In this document: positions 63,781 through 64,000 of the stretch, one piece after another | Layout: the number at the start of each line of letters is the position of its first letter | Numbering within the stretch: position 1 is the stretch's first letter | NCBI GenBank assembly: GCA_976226885.1 | Contig: OZ320315.1 | Span: 53,630,001 to 53,694,000 of the forward strand | Length of the DNA: 64,000 bases | Direction of reading: 5' to 3' | DNA from: Iphione sp. A-MEVVRFRX5 | Taxonomy: Eukaryota | Made by a program: the position numbers and the translations under genes | Notes under the pieces: generated by a model | Database searches by the model: none | The model's input: the letters and a program-made list of their open reading frames with translations, nothing else | Told to the model about the DNA's origin: nothing

Positions 63781-64000
63781 ACGTATAGAAATTTATGGTT
63801 GATAATGCAAGGCAAATGCGTACAAACACATAAATGCAAGTACAATGTATGGAAACTGGTCCTTAATCTTATCTTTTAATACACGTCGCACCTTAGATAA
63901 TTCGTGTACGGATATCTTAGTACATGTATCTCTTTCTTCCAGCTTGTGTGTATGACTAACTGTCTGTCGGTCGGTCTCTTTGTCTCTCCATCATTTGTTT

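Noticed and set aside
28000-64000. Homeobox or other developmental transcription-factor exons
   Set aside because: No WFQN-type or other recognisable coding motif was found by eye on either strand.

Overview
Eukaryotic (animal) genomic DNA, probably an invertebrate deuterostome such as amphioxus. That assignment is an inference from composition, splice signals and transposon repertoire, not a database result. No prokaryotic operons, CRISPR arrays, rRNA or convincing tRNA genes were seen. Bases 1-12.7 kb are a dense nest of retroelements. (i) The 3' end of a CR1-group LINE (+ strand, with AATAAA and an (ATCTTGA)3 tail) is inserted into (ii) a Penelope-like element (- strand) between its RT thumb and its missing GIY-YIG domain; this element's upstream pseudo-LTR carries a minimal hammerhead ribozyme. 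(iii) An almost complete but defective Ngaro-type tyrosine-recombinase retrotransposon (- strand; gag-like ORF1, RT/RNaseH, truncated YR) has split direct repeats A1...B1-A2-B2 and abuts a 213-bp tandem repeat. (iv) A second, decayed Penelope element retains RT and GIY-YIG remnants. The only confidently named host gene is an intact single-coding-exon TMEM229B-like gene (17272-17823, -). Also present: a weakly supported spliced gene or pseudogene (18.6-23.3 kb, -), a pogo/Tigger-like non-autonomous DNA transposon (23.7-24.6 kb), and a CCAAT/ETS promoter-like segment (about 25.5 kb). A well-supported coding exon at 43445-44064 (+) encodes an unrecognised type I membrane protein (small Cys-containing domain, Ser/Thr-rich stalk, transmembrane helix); its signal-peptide exon may lie 17 kb upstream. 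From about 28 to 63 kb the DNA is mostly non-coding with CpG-rich patches and no transposon ORF remnants recognisable by eye. All alignments, counts and splice models were done by hand and need computational confirmation.
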